Both the position numbers and the translations under genes were made by a program. Below the pieces are notes generated by a model. It saw only the letters and a list, made by a program, of their open reading frames with translations, had not been told where the DNA came from and did not search any database. From Sulfurimonadaceae bacterium (GTDB lineage: Bacteria > Campylobacterota > Campylobacteria > Campylobacterales > Sulfurimonadaceae): 64,000 bases of DNA. Shown here in pieces: positions 51,243 through 61,779 of this stretch. The first letter of the stretch is position 1. The number at the start of each line of letters is the position of its first letter. The stretch lies in the NCBI GenBank assembly GCA_041548245.1, contig JBFESZ010000002.1, positions 1 through 64,000 on the forward strand, written 5' to 3'.

Positions 51243-51462
51243 TCTATCTTTATTTTAAAACAAACTACACATTAACTAAAAAAAGTGTTTCCTTCTGCTT
51301 AAAATCCCTCTTAACTCCCTTATACAGGGTGTTATAAAGCATAAGTAATACTTATCTTAATTAAATATAAATATTTTTTACTAGATATCACATTTTTATC
51401 TCATATTAAACTTTTAAGAAAACTTGATATTTTTTATGTTACTATACTTTGTGATTTAGGTA

Positions 51463-51517
51463 ACTTTTATGCTTTGTCGTCTATCTTGTTATGTGAAAGA
51501 TGACAAAGTATAAGAGT
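51463..51517 (+). promoter_or_regulatory. 20-bp stem-loop in the ccoN 5' UTR
   Basis: ACTTTTATGCTTTGTCGTCT-N15-AGATGACAAAGTATAAGAGT with three G:U pairs; TATACT -10 at 51443-51448. Confidence 0.55.
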
Positions 51518-51551
51518 GCTTAGGCTTTGAATTTCGAAAAAGGGAGCTTAT

Positions 51552-53027
51552 ATGGAGAATCGTCCATTAGAATACGATTATACAGTAGCTAAGATGTTTA
51601 TGATGTCTGCACTGTTATTCGGATTTATCGGTATGTTATTAGGTGTAGTTCTTGCCTTACAAATGGCATGGCCAGAGTTTAATTATATTCTAGGTGACAC
51701 ACTGGCTGAGTATATCAACTTCAGTCGTATCAGACCAATCCACACATCAGGTGTAATCTTTGGATTTACATTAAGTGGTATTTTTGCAGGTTGGTATTAT
51801 ATAGGGCAACGTGTTCTAAAAGTCTCTATGGCTGAGTCTAAGTTCTTGATGACAGTTGGAAAACTCCACTTCTGGACTTATTTTTTAGCTATCTTACTTG
51901 CTGTCGTTACTCTGTTTTTAGGTATCGGTCAATCCAATGAATATTCTGAATTGGAATGGCCTTTAGATATCGTCATCGTTATCTTTTGGGTATTCTGGGG
52001 ACTGGGTATTGCCGGATTGGTCGGTATTCGTAGAGAGAAGGTGCTATATGTATCTATGTGGTACTTCATGGCATCATTCCTCGCGGTTGCAATGCTGTTT
52101 ATCATGAACAACATGGTTATCCCGACCTATTTTGTTGCAGGCGCAGGTGATATTATGAATGGTGTGTCTGTTTACTCAGGTACATCAGGTGCAATGGTAC
52201 AATGGTGGTTTGGTCACAATGCAGTTGGTTTCGTTTTAACGGTTCCTCTTGTCGGTATGATCTACTACTTCCTTCCAAAAGAGTCGGGTCAAGCAGTTTA
52301 TTCGTATAAACTCTCTTTGCTTGGATTCTGGTCATTGATGTTTGTATATGTATGGGCAGGTGGTCACCACCTTATCTACTCTACTGTTCCAGACTGGATG
52401 CAGACAATGGGTTCAATTTTCTCTGTAATCTTGATCCTGCCTTCTTGGGGTTCTGCTATCAACTTACTTCTTACCATGAAGGGTGAGTGGAGACAAGTCG
52501 CTGAGAATCCAATTATCAAATTCTTGATTCTTTCATCAACGTTCTATATGTTCTCAACGATTGAAGGACCAATTCAGTCAATCAAATCGGTAAATGCTAT
52601 CGCACACTTTACCGAATGGATCGTTGGTCATGTACATGATGGTGCTCTTGGTTGGGTAGGGTTCATTGTTATGGCTTCACTTTACCATATGGCACCACGT
52701 GTCTTTAAGCGTGAGATCTACTCTAAGGCATTGATGAACACTCAGTTCTGGCTTCAGACTCTTGGTGTTATCCTTTATTTCACATCTATGTGGATCGCAG
52801 GTATCACTCAAGGTATGATGTGGCGTGCGGTCGATGAGTTTGGTAATCTTGCTTACTCATTTATCGATTCAGTTGATGCACTTCATGTTTACTATATTAT
52901 CCGTGCTGTGGGTGGTATCCTTTACCTTGCTGGTTTTGTGATCTTTATCTATAACATCATCAAGACTATGTCGGCTCGTCCTGTTGAGGAACGTGAGCTT
53001 CAAAATGCTTCGCCTATGGCAGCGTAG
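51552..53027 (+). CDS. ccoN: cbb3-type cytochrome c oxidase subunit I
   Basis: 'RPIHT', 'QWWFGHNAV', 'WAGGHHL', 'GHVH'. Confidence 0.97.
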   Translation: MENRPLEYDYTVAKMFMMSALLFGFIGMLLGVVLALQMAWPEFNYILGDTLAEYINFSRIRPIHTSGVIFGFTLSGIFAGWYYIGQRVLKVSMAESKFLMTVGKLHFWTYFLAILLAVVTLFLGIGQSNEYSELEWPLDIVIVIFWVFWGLGIAGLVGIRREKVLYVSMWYFMASFLAVAMLFIMNNMVIPTYFVAGAGDIMNGVSVYSGTSGAMVQWWFGHNAVGFVLTVPLVGMIYYFLPKESGQAVYSYKLSLLGFWSLMFVYVWAGGHHLIYSTVPDWMQTMGSIFSVILILPSWGSAINLLLTMKGEWRQVAENPIIKFLILSSTFYMFSTIEGPIQSIKSVNAIAHFTEWIVGHVHDGALGWVGFIVMASLYHMAPRVFKREIYSKALMNTQFWLQTLGVILYFTSMWIAGITQGMMWRAVDEFGNLAYSFIDSVDALHVYYIIRAVGGILYLAGFVIFIYNIIKTMSARPVEERELQNASPMAA

Positions 53028-53042
53028 GAAAAGGGAGAAAAT

Positions 53043-53735
53043 ATGTTTCATTGGTTAGAAGAACGTCCATTCTTTTTCGGCGTTGGTATATTCGTAGTTA
53101 TCGCATTTGCTGGTTTGGTTATGATCATTCCCCATTTCATTCAGCAATCACGTCCTCTTATCGGGACAAAGCCATACACGACACTTGAATTGGCAGGCCG
53201 TCATGTATATATTAAAGAGAGCTGTAACGCATGTCATTCTCAGCTGATTCGTCCATTTAAGAGTGAGACAGATCGTTATGGTACTTATTCATTAAGCGGT
53301 GAGTATGCATATGATCGTCCTTTCCTTTGGGGTTCTAAGCGTACTGGTCCGGACCTTATGCGTGTGGGTAACTATCGTACGACTGACTGGCATGAGAATC
53401 ACATGATGGACCCTGCCGCGGTTGTACCGGGTTCTATCATGCCAAAATATCCGTGGACATTTACGAATGAGGCAGATGTAGATACGGCATGGGCTGAAGC
53501 GGTAACCGTAAATAAAGTATTTAATGTACCGTATAACAAAGATATCCCAATGTTAGACGGTTCGACAACTCAGGTTTCTTTGGCTGCAACAGTTGAAGAG
53601 GCTCGCGCTGAAGCTTTAGCTGATGCTAAACTGGTCGCTGCTGAGATGAAAAACCAAGATGTAAAAGATATGGTTGCGGCAGGAAAGATTCCTGAAATCG
53701 TAGCTTTGATTGCATATCTGAATTCACTGAAGTAA
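53043..53735 (+). CDS. ccoO: cbb3-type cytochrome c oxidase subunit II
   Basis: 'CNACHSQ.IRP', 'WGSKRTGPDL', 'SIMP'. Confidence 0.97.
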   Translation: MFHWLEERPFFFGVGIFVVIAFAGLVMIIPHFIQQSRPLIGTKPYTTLELAGRHVYIKESCNACHSQLIRPFKSETDRYGTYSLSGEYAYDRPFLWGSKRTGPDLMRVGNYRTTDWHENHMMDPAAVVPGSIMPKYPWTFTNEADVDTAWAEAVTVNKVFNVPYNKDIPMLDGSTTQVSLAATVEEARAEALADAKLVAAEMKNQDVKDMVAAGKIPEIVALIAYLNSLK

Positions 53736-53745
53736 GAAGCATAGT

Positions 53746-53976
53746 ATGACTCTGGGTGAATTTTCGCATTACGGATATTTTGTATTGACAATCTTTTTGA
53801 CTGTTATGTTATGGGGGTATATTTTTCACCTGTACCGTGCAGAGAGAAAAGGGACGAGAAATTACGAGCAATATGGAAAGATAGCTGTTGATGATGAGAT
53901 TTCAGACGAGTTAGTTGAAAAAAAAGAAGAGGACTCTGAAAAAGAGGACTCCAACGAGATAGGGAGAGATAAATGA
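53746..53976 (+). CDS. ccoQ: cbb3-type oxidase subunit CcoQ
   Basis: One TM, 'YIFHLY...G.RNYE.YG..A.DD'. Confidence 0.9.
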   Translation: MTLGEFSHYGYFVLTIFLTVMLWGYIFHLYRAERKGTRNYEQYGKIAVDDEISDELVEKKEEDSEKEDSNEIGRDK

Positions 53977-55016
53977 AAAATTTATGGATTTTCGGTATCG
54001 TACTGATCGTCGTTCTAATTGCAGGTACATATGCTGTTGTCGGCGATATGATGGGTGATGATATTGTCAATTTACTGGCTTTGCTAGGTGCAGCAGCTAT
54101 TGTAATTATTGCTGTCGTAGTAATCATGTCATATGTTAAGCAGATGAAGGATGCTACAGCAACGGGAGAACTAGTAGACGAGAATTGGGACGGTATTGGT
54201 GAATACAATAACCTTGCACCTGTTGGATGGGCGCTTTCTATTATTGCTCTGATGATCTGGGGTATGTGGTATATGACTATTGGGTATCCTCTAAACGAAT
54301 ATTCTCAATTGGGAGAATACAACGAGGACTCTGCTAAAGCAAATGCAAAAATGAAAGAGCAGTTTGACAAGATGACAGATACGCAAAAGCTCAAGATGGG
54401 TGAGGGTATCTTTGCTGTTCAGTGTTCCCCTTGTCATGGGCCTCAAGGGCAAGGACAAGAAAACTACTCAACAGGCCAGTTGACGGCTGAGAACCTTACT
54501 CAGCGCAATATGAGCAAGACATATGTTGAGAAAGTGATCCGTGAGGGTTCTATGCAGCTTGGTTATGATGGTGGAATGCCACCGTTCCTGTTGCAAGACG
54601 ATGCAGAGATCGATACCGTATCGACTTATGTAGCGAACGGATTTAAAGATGAAGAGGGTTCAACTGCAGGTAGAGATATCTTCAGTGCAGCATGTGCATC
54701 ATGTCATGGTGGTGCTCTGGCTGAGGGCATCAAAGGGTACAAGAGCTGGGGTAACAAGCCTGATGAAGACACAGCAGGTGTGGAAGGTTATTCTAACCCG
54801 TGTGAAGGTGAAGAGTGTATTGGTCAAGGTCAATCAGGTGTTGCACCAAGTCTTAAAAACTACAATTCTTGTCTTGTGGACAACCTTTTAAGAAAAGGGA
54901 TGAAAAAAGGCGAGATTGGTGTTATGCCGGCATTTGGTGAAATGTTGACTATACCTCAGATCGAAGCTGTGTCTGCCTATGTCGCACACGGTACAGACAA
55001 AGAAATTGAAGAGTAG
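53973..55016 (+). CDS. ccoP: cbb3-type cytochrome c oxidase subunit III (dihaem)
   Basis: 'WDGIGEY.N..P.GW', CSPCH, CASCH, 'IG.MPAF'. Confidence 0.93.
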   Translation: MKNLWIFGIVLIVVLIAGTYAVVGDMMGDDIVNLLALLGAAAIVIIAVVVIMSYVKQMKDATATGELVDENWDGIGEYNNLAPVGWALSIIALMIWGMWYMTIGYPLNEYSQLGEYNEDSAKANAKMKEQFDKMTDTQKLKMGEGIFAVQCSPCHGPQGQGQENYSTGQLTAENLTQRNMSKTYVEKVIREGSMQLGYDGGMPPFLLQDDAEIDTVSTYVANGFKDEEGSTAGRDIFSAACASCHGGALAEGIKGYKSWGNKPDEDTAGVEGYSNPCEGEECIGQGQSGVAPSLKNYNSCLVDNLLRKGMKKGEIGVMPAFGEMLTIPQIEAVSAYVAHGTDKEIEE

Positions 55017-55025
55017 GGGTGAGAT

Positions 55026-55259
55026 ATGGAACGTAGAAGTATTTTTGCACTACACGGGATAACAGGGATGCTAGTAGCAACAGTATTGTTGCTTGTGGTC
55101 GAGGGAACATTAGTTTTCTTGGCAGTTGGTGTTCAACAAGATGTTGCACAAGATTATTATTATATTGAAGATGCGAAAAGTATCAAGATGTTTGCTGCTG
55201 AAAACGCTGAGCATGTTGTGCTTCATAAAGATAAGCCATACGCACAAAAGGATAAATAA
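55026..55259 (+). CDS. DUF4006-family cbb3 accessory protein
   Basis: 'RSIFALHGITGMLVATVLLL'; position after ccoP. Confidence 0.82.
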   Translation: MERRSIFALHGITGMLVATVLLLVVEGTLVFLAVGVQQDVAQDYYYIEDAKSIKMFAAENAEHVVLHKDKPYAQKDK

Positions 55260-55354
55260 TGAGATTAGATGTAATTGTCGGTTTTGGTCTGTTTGCTATG
55301 GCAATGTTTACGATTTATGCGGTAGTCGTGGCTGATCACCTTTATGTTGGTTAA
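55259..55354 (+). CDS. 31-aa single-TM protein in the cco operon (not in ORF track)
   Basis: TAATG coupling; MRLDVIVGFGLFAMAMFTIYAVVVADHLYVG*. Confidence 0.7.
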   Translation: MRLDVIVGFGLFAMAMFTIYAVVVADHLYVG

Positions 55355-55364
55355 GGATTAATCT

Positions 55365-56000
55365 TTGAAGATTTATCGAGGGCTTATTGCCCTCATCACA
55401 ATGCTTTCTTTTATACAACCTCTACAGGCAAAGTTTGTTGTTGTTGATGAAGTTGTGAAAAATAAAGCATTCAATGAACAAGTCGAACCCATGGGTGAAG
55501 AGCTCTCAGCAAAGACCGGAATCAATGTCTATATGAGTCTTGTGAAAGAGCTTGATGATAATCAAACGATTATTGATTATCAAAAAGAGTTGATCCAAAC
55601 ATTAAAAGAACCTGCTGTACTTTTCTCTTTTGTTGAGAATAACAAGCAGGTTCAGATCTATGCAGAGGATAAGTCACTTTACAAGACTTTTAATAGAGAT
55701 CAAATTATGGATCCCTTGGCTATTTGGCCTTTTTTTAACGGAAGAGTCATTCCCGTTATTTCAGCTAAAGCGCCGCCAGAAGTCGAAGAAAAAGACAAAT
55801 ATGCGGTGGCCATGTTTAACGGTTATGCCGAGATCGTAGAACAGATTGCTGAAAGCAAAGGTGTCATCTTAGAAACGGCAATTGGCGACACGAATAAAAA
55901 TGTATATAAAGTGCTTATCACTTTGCTTTTTACAGTGTCATTTATTACTGTGATAAAACTCGCTCGTGATGCGTACAAAAGAAGGAAGAACAATGCGTAA
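55365..56000 (+). CDS. TPM-domain-like cbb3 accessory membrane protein
   Basis: Signal peptide; 'EL..KTGIN', 'FNGYAEI.EQIA'; C-terminal TM. Confidence 0.7.
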   Translation: MKIYRGLIALITMLSFIQPLQAKFVVVDEVVKNKAFNEQVEPMGEELSAKTGINVYMSLVKELDDNQTIIDYQKELIQTLKEPAVLFSFVENNKQVQIYAEDKSLYKTFNRDQIMDPLAIWPFFNGRVIPVISAKAPPEVEEKDKYAVAMFNGYAEIVEQIAESKGVILETAIGDTNKNVYKVLITLLFTVSFITVIKLARDAYKRRKNNA

Positions 56001-56547
56001 CGGAATGCAGTGGCCGGTAGGTATCATCAGTTCGATTATTTTGATCGTTATTGCTTGTGCAGTGACAGTCTACCTCGCACTTTTACAACCGGTTAAAGAA
56101 GACAAGGATATGATGCTGGGCTATCATGCACTCGATAGTAATGCCAACGAGCTTATAGCTGCTACAATTTTATTCAATAAAAAATACAGACTGACCTATA
56201 CGGGAGAAGGTGTATCGACGGATGGATCGACACTCTCATACAGAGTAGAAGACAGTGATGGAAACCCTGTTAACGATGCGCTTATAGAAGTGGTAGTTAC
56301 ACGTCCGGTTGTCACAGAAGAAAACCTTGTATTGAAAAATCCGGATGTTGAAAACGGAAACTATGTCTTCAAAAATGTCAAAGTGGCAGAAAAAGGCCGT
56401 TGGAATATCTTGGCAAAAGTCACGGTAGGAAATGATTTCCGTCACATGAATCTTAAGTCGGATACCCTGCAAAAAAATGTTTTTGAATACGGTCTGGATA
56501 AACCGATGCGAAACTTTTCGGCAAATGGCGGCCGAAGAGTTTTATAA
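55993..56547 (+). CDS. FixH/CcoH-family protein
   Basis: 'WPVGII' N-terminal TM, 'TRP', 'GRW'; end of the cco cluster. Confidence 0.78.
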   Translation: MRNGMQWPVGIISSIILIVIACAVTVYLALLQPVKEDKDMMLGYHALDSNANELIAATILFNKKYRLTYTGEGVSTDGSTLSYRVEDSDGNPVNDALIEVVVTRPVVTEENLVLKNPDVENGNYVFKNVKVAEKGRWNILAKVTVGNDFRHMNLKSDTLQKNVFEYGLDKPMRNFSANGGRRVL

Positions 56548-56642
56548 GAGTCATTTGTCATCATTTTCGTGATCGGGAATTTTCTATTGTATAATTGGCT
56601 CTAAACGATTAGTAGATAACTAGAAAATTTTCAGGGCTGTCA

Positions 56643-58973
56643 ATGACCATACTTCCAAGCTCACGTGCTATCCGTGCTGCTATTTTAAAAGACAAAGAGC
56701 GTAACACCTTTCTTCCTTCCTATATTACGATGTCGGATTTCTTACAACGTGCTTTAGTCGTTGAAGGCTATGCCCGTGTTGACGATGATACTCGTACTCT
56801 TTTATTGCTTGAAGCTTCTGATTTTAAATCTTTCTCTGCACTCAATATTGAGAGAAACTTTTTTACTTTTACACAAAATTCTAGTTATATTTTCCGGTTC
56901 TTTGAAGAGCTTGGCGGAGAACTTGTCGACATAGATTCATTGTCGATGGCTGACACGTATGGGGATTATGAAGAGCATATTGAGATACTCAAAGAGCTGT
57001 ATTTGCGATATGAAAAGCTGTGTGAAGAGAAAAAAGTCCTAGAGCCGATTTTTTTAGGAAAAAACTATACGCTTAATCGCTCTTACATAGAATCACAGCA
57101 GGAGATACTGCTGGTTGTTGAAGGGTATTTGACCAATTTCGAGTTGAAGATCTTGCAAGAGTGTGCACAGATCATTCCTGTCAGATTGCGTTTTTATGCC
57201 AACGCCTTTAATATGAAGATGCAAGATAAGCTGAAGGCACTTGGTATCGACGTTATACAGGAAAAAAACCAGATTATAAACCTGAGGACTAAACTCATAG
57301 AGGGGAGTTCTTCTGTACACTCTCAAGCGGTCGTGACATGTGAGAGCTTTTCGCAGCGGCTGTTGCAGGTTGCCTTTGTGAAACAAAAGGTCAAAGAGTT
57401 TATAGACAAGGGAATGGATCCTGAGAAGATAGTCGTTGTCCTGCCCAATGAGAACTTTTCAGAACATTTGAAACGTTTTGATACAAAGTGTAATTTCAAC
57501 TTTGCGATGGGTGAAACTCTAAAATCATCAGCTTTTATACAGGCTCTTGAAGGGGTTATACAATATCTTGATAATAAAACAGTACAAAATAGAAGCCGCT
57601 TAAACCGTATAGGGGTTGAACTTGTAGAAAATCTTCAGGGTAAGTACAAATCAGAACTTAGTGCGCTGGACTTTAATGCATTACTACAGCCATTTGTCCT
57701 GCTTGAAAAGAGCAAGAGTGTGCTTAAAATAATCAAAGAAGAGCTTTTTTATTTTGAGAAATTACTTCCTATTTTGCAAAAGAGCAGTGTTAAATCCGCT
57801 TTGCATCTTTTTATTAATAGACTCAAAAACAGAAGTACGGATGATGTGCGGGGTGGAAAGATAACAGTGATGGGCGTTCTTGAGACACGTGCGGTTACTT
57901 ATGACGGGGTCATTGTCGTTGACTTTAACGAGGGGACAGTTCCGAGAAAAAGCGAAAAAGATCTTTTCCTGAACTCATCTACACGAATTAAAGCAGGTCT
58001 ACCTGGTGCGCAAGACAGGGAATCTTTGCAAAAGCTCTATTATAATAACCTCTTTTTAAGGGCACGTGAGGTGGCTATATCATATGTCTCATCAGTGGAT
58101 TCCGTTCCGTCGCGTTTCTTGAAACAGCTGGGTATAGAAACTCGGCAGAGCCATGATGAGTCACAATGGGCAGGTGTTCTGTTTAAAACACATACAAAAC
58201 AGGAACAGCCGGAGCAAAAGATTGAGCAGGCTTATGATTTTACACAGCATAATCTTTCAGCGACAGGGCTTAAGAGCTTTCTCTCATGTAAGCGCCGTTT
58301 CTACCATCGTTATGTCGAAGGAGTCATGGAACATCAAATCGAAGCGGATCTACCTCAAGAGCATGAGATAGGAACAGCCTTGCATGCCGCCTTGCAGCAT
58401 GTGTATGAACAGAAGAGCCGTTTTAGTGATAAAGAAGCATTAAAAAAAGCCATTTCCGAAGCTCTTAAGCTTCATTCGGCGCAGACGGTCTTGGACAAGT
58501 ATCTGCAGAAGATGTGGCTGAAGCGTTTGGATGCATTTATAGGCAATGAGATAGAGCGTTTTAAAGAGGCTGAGGTGATCGCTTGTGAAAAGTCGCTCTC
58601 GACCGAAGTATGCGGGATTCGCCTGCATGGAAATATTGACCGTATAGACAGAACTCCTGATGGACTCGAAGTTCTCGATTATAAAAGTGGCGCTTACCCG
58701 ACATATACAGCTAGAACTGTAGAGAACGCAAAAGATTTCCAACTGGAATTTTATTACCTCTTGGCAAAAAATGAAGGAGAAGTAAAGTCGTGCGGGTATT
58801 ATGATCTTAAAAGCGGCAGGATTATCCGTGAGGATCTGCTTGAAAGCAAACTGGAATTGCTTTATAAACATCTGCATGAACTTAAAGAGACAAAGATCAT
58901 CGATTTTGAAAAGACAGACGAACTTAAAGAGTGTAGCTACTGCCCTTATACACAACTGTGTGGGAGAAGCTGA
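56643..58973 (+). CDS. addB: AddB-like PD-(D/E)XK nuclease
   Basis: 'GVLETR', 'GNIDRID...VLDYKSG', Fe-S Cys (C...CSYCPY..LC); coupled to addA. Confidence 0.85.
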   Translation: MTILPSSRAIRAAILKDKERNTFLPSYITMSDFLQRALVVEGYARVDDDTRTLLLLEASDFKSFSALNIERNFFTFTQNSSYIFRFFEELGGELVDIDSLSMADTYGDYEEHIEILKELYLRYEKLCEEKKVLEPIFLGKNYTLNRSYIESQQEILLVVEGYLTNFELKILQECAQIIPVRLRFYANAFNMKMQDKLKALGIDVIQEKNQIINLRTKLIEGSSSVHSQAVVTCESFSQRLLQVAFVKQKVKEFIDKGMDPEKIVVVLPNENFSEHLKRFDTKCNFNFAMGETLKSSAFIQALEGVIQYLDNKTVQNRSRLNRIGVELVENLQGKYKSELSALDFNALLQPFVLLEKSKSVLKIIKEELFYFEKLLPILQKSSVKSALHLFINRLKNRSTDDVRGGKITVMGVLETRAVTYDGVIVVDFNEGTVPRKSEKDLFLNSSTRIKAGLPGAQDRESLQKLYYNNLFLRAREVAISYVSSVDSVPSRFLKQLGIETRQSHDESQWAGVLFKTHTKQEQPEQKIEQAYDFTQHNLSATGLKSFLSCKRRFYHRYVEGVMEHQIEADLPQEHEIGTALHAALQHVYEQKSRFSDKEALKKAISEALKLHSAQTVLDKYLQKMWLKRLDAFIGNEIERFKEAEVIACEKSLSTEVCGIRLHGNIDRIDRTPDGLEVLDYKSGAYPTYTARTVENAKDFQLEFYYLLAKNEGEVKSCGYYDLKSGRIIREDLLESKLELLYKHLHELKETKIIDFEKTDELKECSYCPYTQLCGRS

Positions 58974-61693
58974 TGTTTATAGATCTACATGCCTATGAAG
59001 CGAGCGCAGGATCGGGTAAGACGTTCTCCTTGGTCGTGCGATACCTGAGTCTGCTTTTCTCAGGAGAACAGGCCGAGAAGATATTGGCCCTTACCTTTAC
59101 TAATAAAGCAGCAAACGAGATGCAAGAGCGCATCGTCAATACACTGATCGATTTAGAAAACAAAGGTGAGCTACATGAAATTGCCAAAGTGCTTGAGTGT
59201 TCGCCTGAGAATTTGCTTGCCAAGCGTCCCGAAGTATTAAAGGCCCTTCTTAATGCCGATACAAAAGTGATGACCCTGGACAAGTTTTTTGCCAAGATCT
59301 TAAGAAAGTTCTCCCTTCATGCAGGTCTGATGCCAAACTTTTCGACTTATGAGTCCCAACATGAGCTAAAAGTAATGGCACGATTTTTGACTCTGGTCAA
59401 TACCCAGGGAAAAGATGACGCGCTTATTAAACTTTCCTTGTTGGCTTCAAAACGCTTAGCTGATATTTTTTCACTGTTAAACGAGCTTTATGCGAAAAAG
59501 AATGAGATGCAAAAGATCCGTTTTAAACCCGAGCCCTATCTTCCATATGAAGAGATTGTAATGAAAAGCTTTCATGAACTACAGTCGATGATCTTTGCTA
59601 CAGAGATTGGAAAGCGTGGGCGTACAGCCATGGAAGCGGAAAGTATTGATGAGCTGATCGGCAAGACATGGATAGAGAAAGAGAGTCTGGAGTATTGGGA
59701 CTTTAAAAAGTACTTTCATCCAAGAATGGACGAACTTTTACATGAAATACAAGATGGGCTTTATCATTATATGAAAGCGAAAGAGTCACATTTTCTTTTT
59801 GAACTTCTATCACTTTTGGATCTCTATATCGAAGCAAAGATGCTGGTTGCGAAAGAGGATGAGGAGCTCTCTTTTGATGATATCACCTATCTCGTCTTCT
59901 ATCTTTTAAAAGATGAAAGCAATAAAGGACGCATCAACAGCGATTTTTTGTATTTTAGACTTGATGCCAATATCAATCATATATTATTGGATGAGTTTCA
60001 AGATACTTCGACTATACAGTTTGAGATACTTCGACCCCTGATTGAAGAGATGGCTTCAGGTCAAGGTTCCAAAGAGAGGTCGTCTTTGTTCCTGGTCGGT
60101 GATGTAAAACAGTCCATCTACAGGTTCCGCGGTGGTAAAAAGGAGCTTTTTTACGCAGTAACGGATCACTTTAATGTTAAAGTAGACCAGTTACGTACCA
60201 ACTATAGAAGTGAAAAAGAGGTGGTCGAATTTGTCAATGAAGTATTCATCGACAAGATCAATGGTTATGTCCCGCAGTTAGTCAAGGATGGAGCGAGTAA
60301 AGGATATGTTGAGGTAATTTTCAATGATGAGGTACTTGAGAATATGACAGCTATACTCAAAACACTGATTCAAAAAGGGGCAGACCTTAACGAAATAGCA
60401 ATACTCACAGCAACCAATGCAGATGGTGCCAGGGTCGAAGAGTTGTTAAAAGCAGAAAAAATTGATGTCGTGACAGAGACAACTTCAAAGCTTATTAATC
60501 AAAAAAACATCAAGGCTCTTATAGAGTATCTGAAATACTCCTATTTTAAGCAAGAGATCTATGCACGAAACTTCTTTGCGCTTATCGGACAGGGAGAGGG
60601 AAAACTATATCCTTGTAACGTTAACTCCCCTGAACTGAGTACTGAACTTAAAAAAGTTATTGAAAAGTACAGGCTCTTTGATGGTGACATGAACATCCTT
60701 AGTTTTCTGGAAAAGCTCTCAAGTTATAAAGATATTGAAGCATTCTTATTTGAGTATGAACGTATGGACACGAGTGCTGCACAAAAAGAGCTTAATGGAG
60801 TAAGAGTCCTTACCGTACATAAGTCGAAAGGACTCGAGTATGAACATGTCATCGTTTTAGACAGACTTGGACGCAGTTCATCGGACAAGAGTCCTATCAT
60901 CTATGAATATGAGGGCATCCATCTTGAAAACATCTATCTCCGTATGAGCAAACGCGCGAGTCTTGATGAGAGCTATTCAAGGGCGCTGGATAAGGAAAAG
61001 AAACTCTCAAAAGAGGATGAGCTCAATGCTCTTTATGTCGCGTTCACCCGTGCTAAGGAGAGTCTGTTTATCATCCACAAGTCAAAAGATTCTAAGTTTG
61101 AGGAGCTATGCCTAAGTCAAGAAGTACGTGGAGAACTTGAATTGGCGACAAAAGAGAAGGTTTATCAGCCACAACTGCCTGACATTTCTTTTAAAGAGCT
61201 TTACTACGGAACTCAGATGGAGCTTTTGTCTGAAGAAAAAAATGAGGAAGAGGACCATAAAGCTATTGAGTTTGGGTTGGCGATGCATTATGCGCTTGAG
61301 ATGATCTGCTCATTTGCTAAAGAGAGTGTCCATGCAGCCGTGTCGATAACAAGAAACAAGTTTGGATCGATTTTAAGTGAAGAGGAATTTATCTCTATTG
61401 AAAGACGCCTTAAGCAGCTAGTAGAAGATAAGGCATTTTTGGAACTTATCCAAGGACGCTTATACAAAGAAAAAGCCATCTCATACGACAAAGAACTCCG
61501 CTATATTGACCTGCTTATTGAACATGCAGACGAATGGATAGTCATAGACTATAAGTCGGCCATTAGCCATACCCAGTCGCATCTTAAACAGGTAAACTTT
61601 TATAAGAAGGCGGTCAGAGATATCACAGCCAAAAGAGTCAGAGGCTATATCTGTTATGTTTTGGAAGAGGGCATAAAGTTGGTTGAGGTATAA
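58973..61693 (+). CDS. addA: AddA/RecB-like helicase-nuclease
   Basis: 'ASAGSGKT', 'LTFTNKAA', 'DEFQDT', 'VGDVKQSIYRFRG', 'TVHKSKGLE', 'YVAFTRA', 'IDYKS'. Confidence 0.92.
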   Translation: MFIDLHAYEASAGSGKTFSLVVRYLSLLFSGEQAEKILALTFTNKAANEMQERIVNTLIDLENKGELHEIAKVLECSPENLLAKRPEVLKALLNADTKVMTLDKFFAKILRKFSLHAGLMPNFSTYESQHELKVMARFLTLVNTQGKDDALIKLSLLASKRLADIFSLLNELYAKKNEMQKIRFKPEPYLPYEEIVMKSFHELQSMIFATEIGKRGRTAMEAESIDELIGKTWIEKESLEYWDFKKYFHPRMDELLHEIQDGLYHYMKAKESHFLFELLSLLDLYIEAKMLVAKEDEELSFDDITYLVFYLLKDESNKGRINSDFLYFRLDANINHILLDEFQDTSTIQFEILRPLIEEMASGQGSKERSSLFLVGDVKQSIYRFRGGKKELFYAVTDHFNVKVDQLRTNYRSEKEVVEFVNEVFIDKINGYVPQLVKDGASKGYVEVIFNDEVLENMTAILKTLIQKGADLNEIAILTATNADGARVEELLKAEKIDVVTETTSKLINQKNIKALIEYLKYSYFKQEIYARNFFALIGQGEGKLYPCNVNSPELSTELKKVIEKYRLFDGDMNILSFLEKLSSYKDIEAFLFEYERMDTSAAQKELNGVRVLTVHKSKGLEYEHVIVLDRLGRSSSDKSPIIYEYEGIHLENIYLRMSKRASLDESYSRALDKEKKLSKEDELNALYVAFTRAKESLFIIHKSKDSKFEELCLSQEVRGELELATKEKVYQPQLPDISFKELYYGTQMELLSEEKNEEEDHKAIEFGLAMHYALEMICSFAKESVHAAVSITRNKFGSILSEEEFISIERRLKQLVEDKAFLELIQGRLYKEKAISYDKELRYIDLLIEHADEWIVIDYKSAISHTQSHLKQVNFYKKAVRDITAKRVRGYICYVLEEGIKLVEV

Positions 61694-61779
61694 CAGATTG
61701 CTGAATTAAATGTTCAATAAATTATATATGGTGTTTGCGCAGAGGTTCGATAAACTATATTTTAACAAAGGAGAATCAG

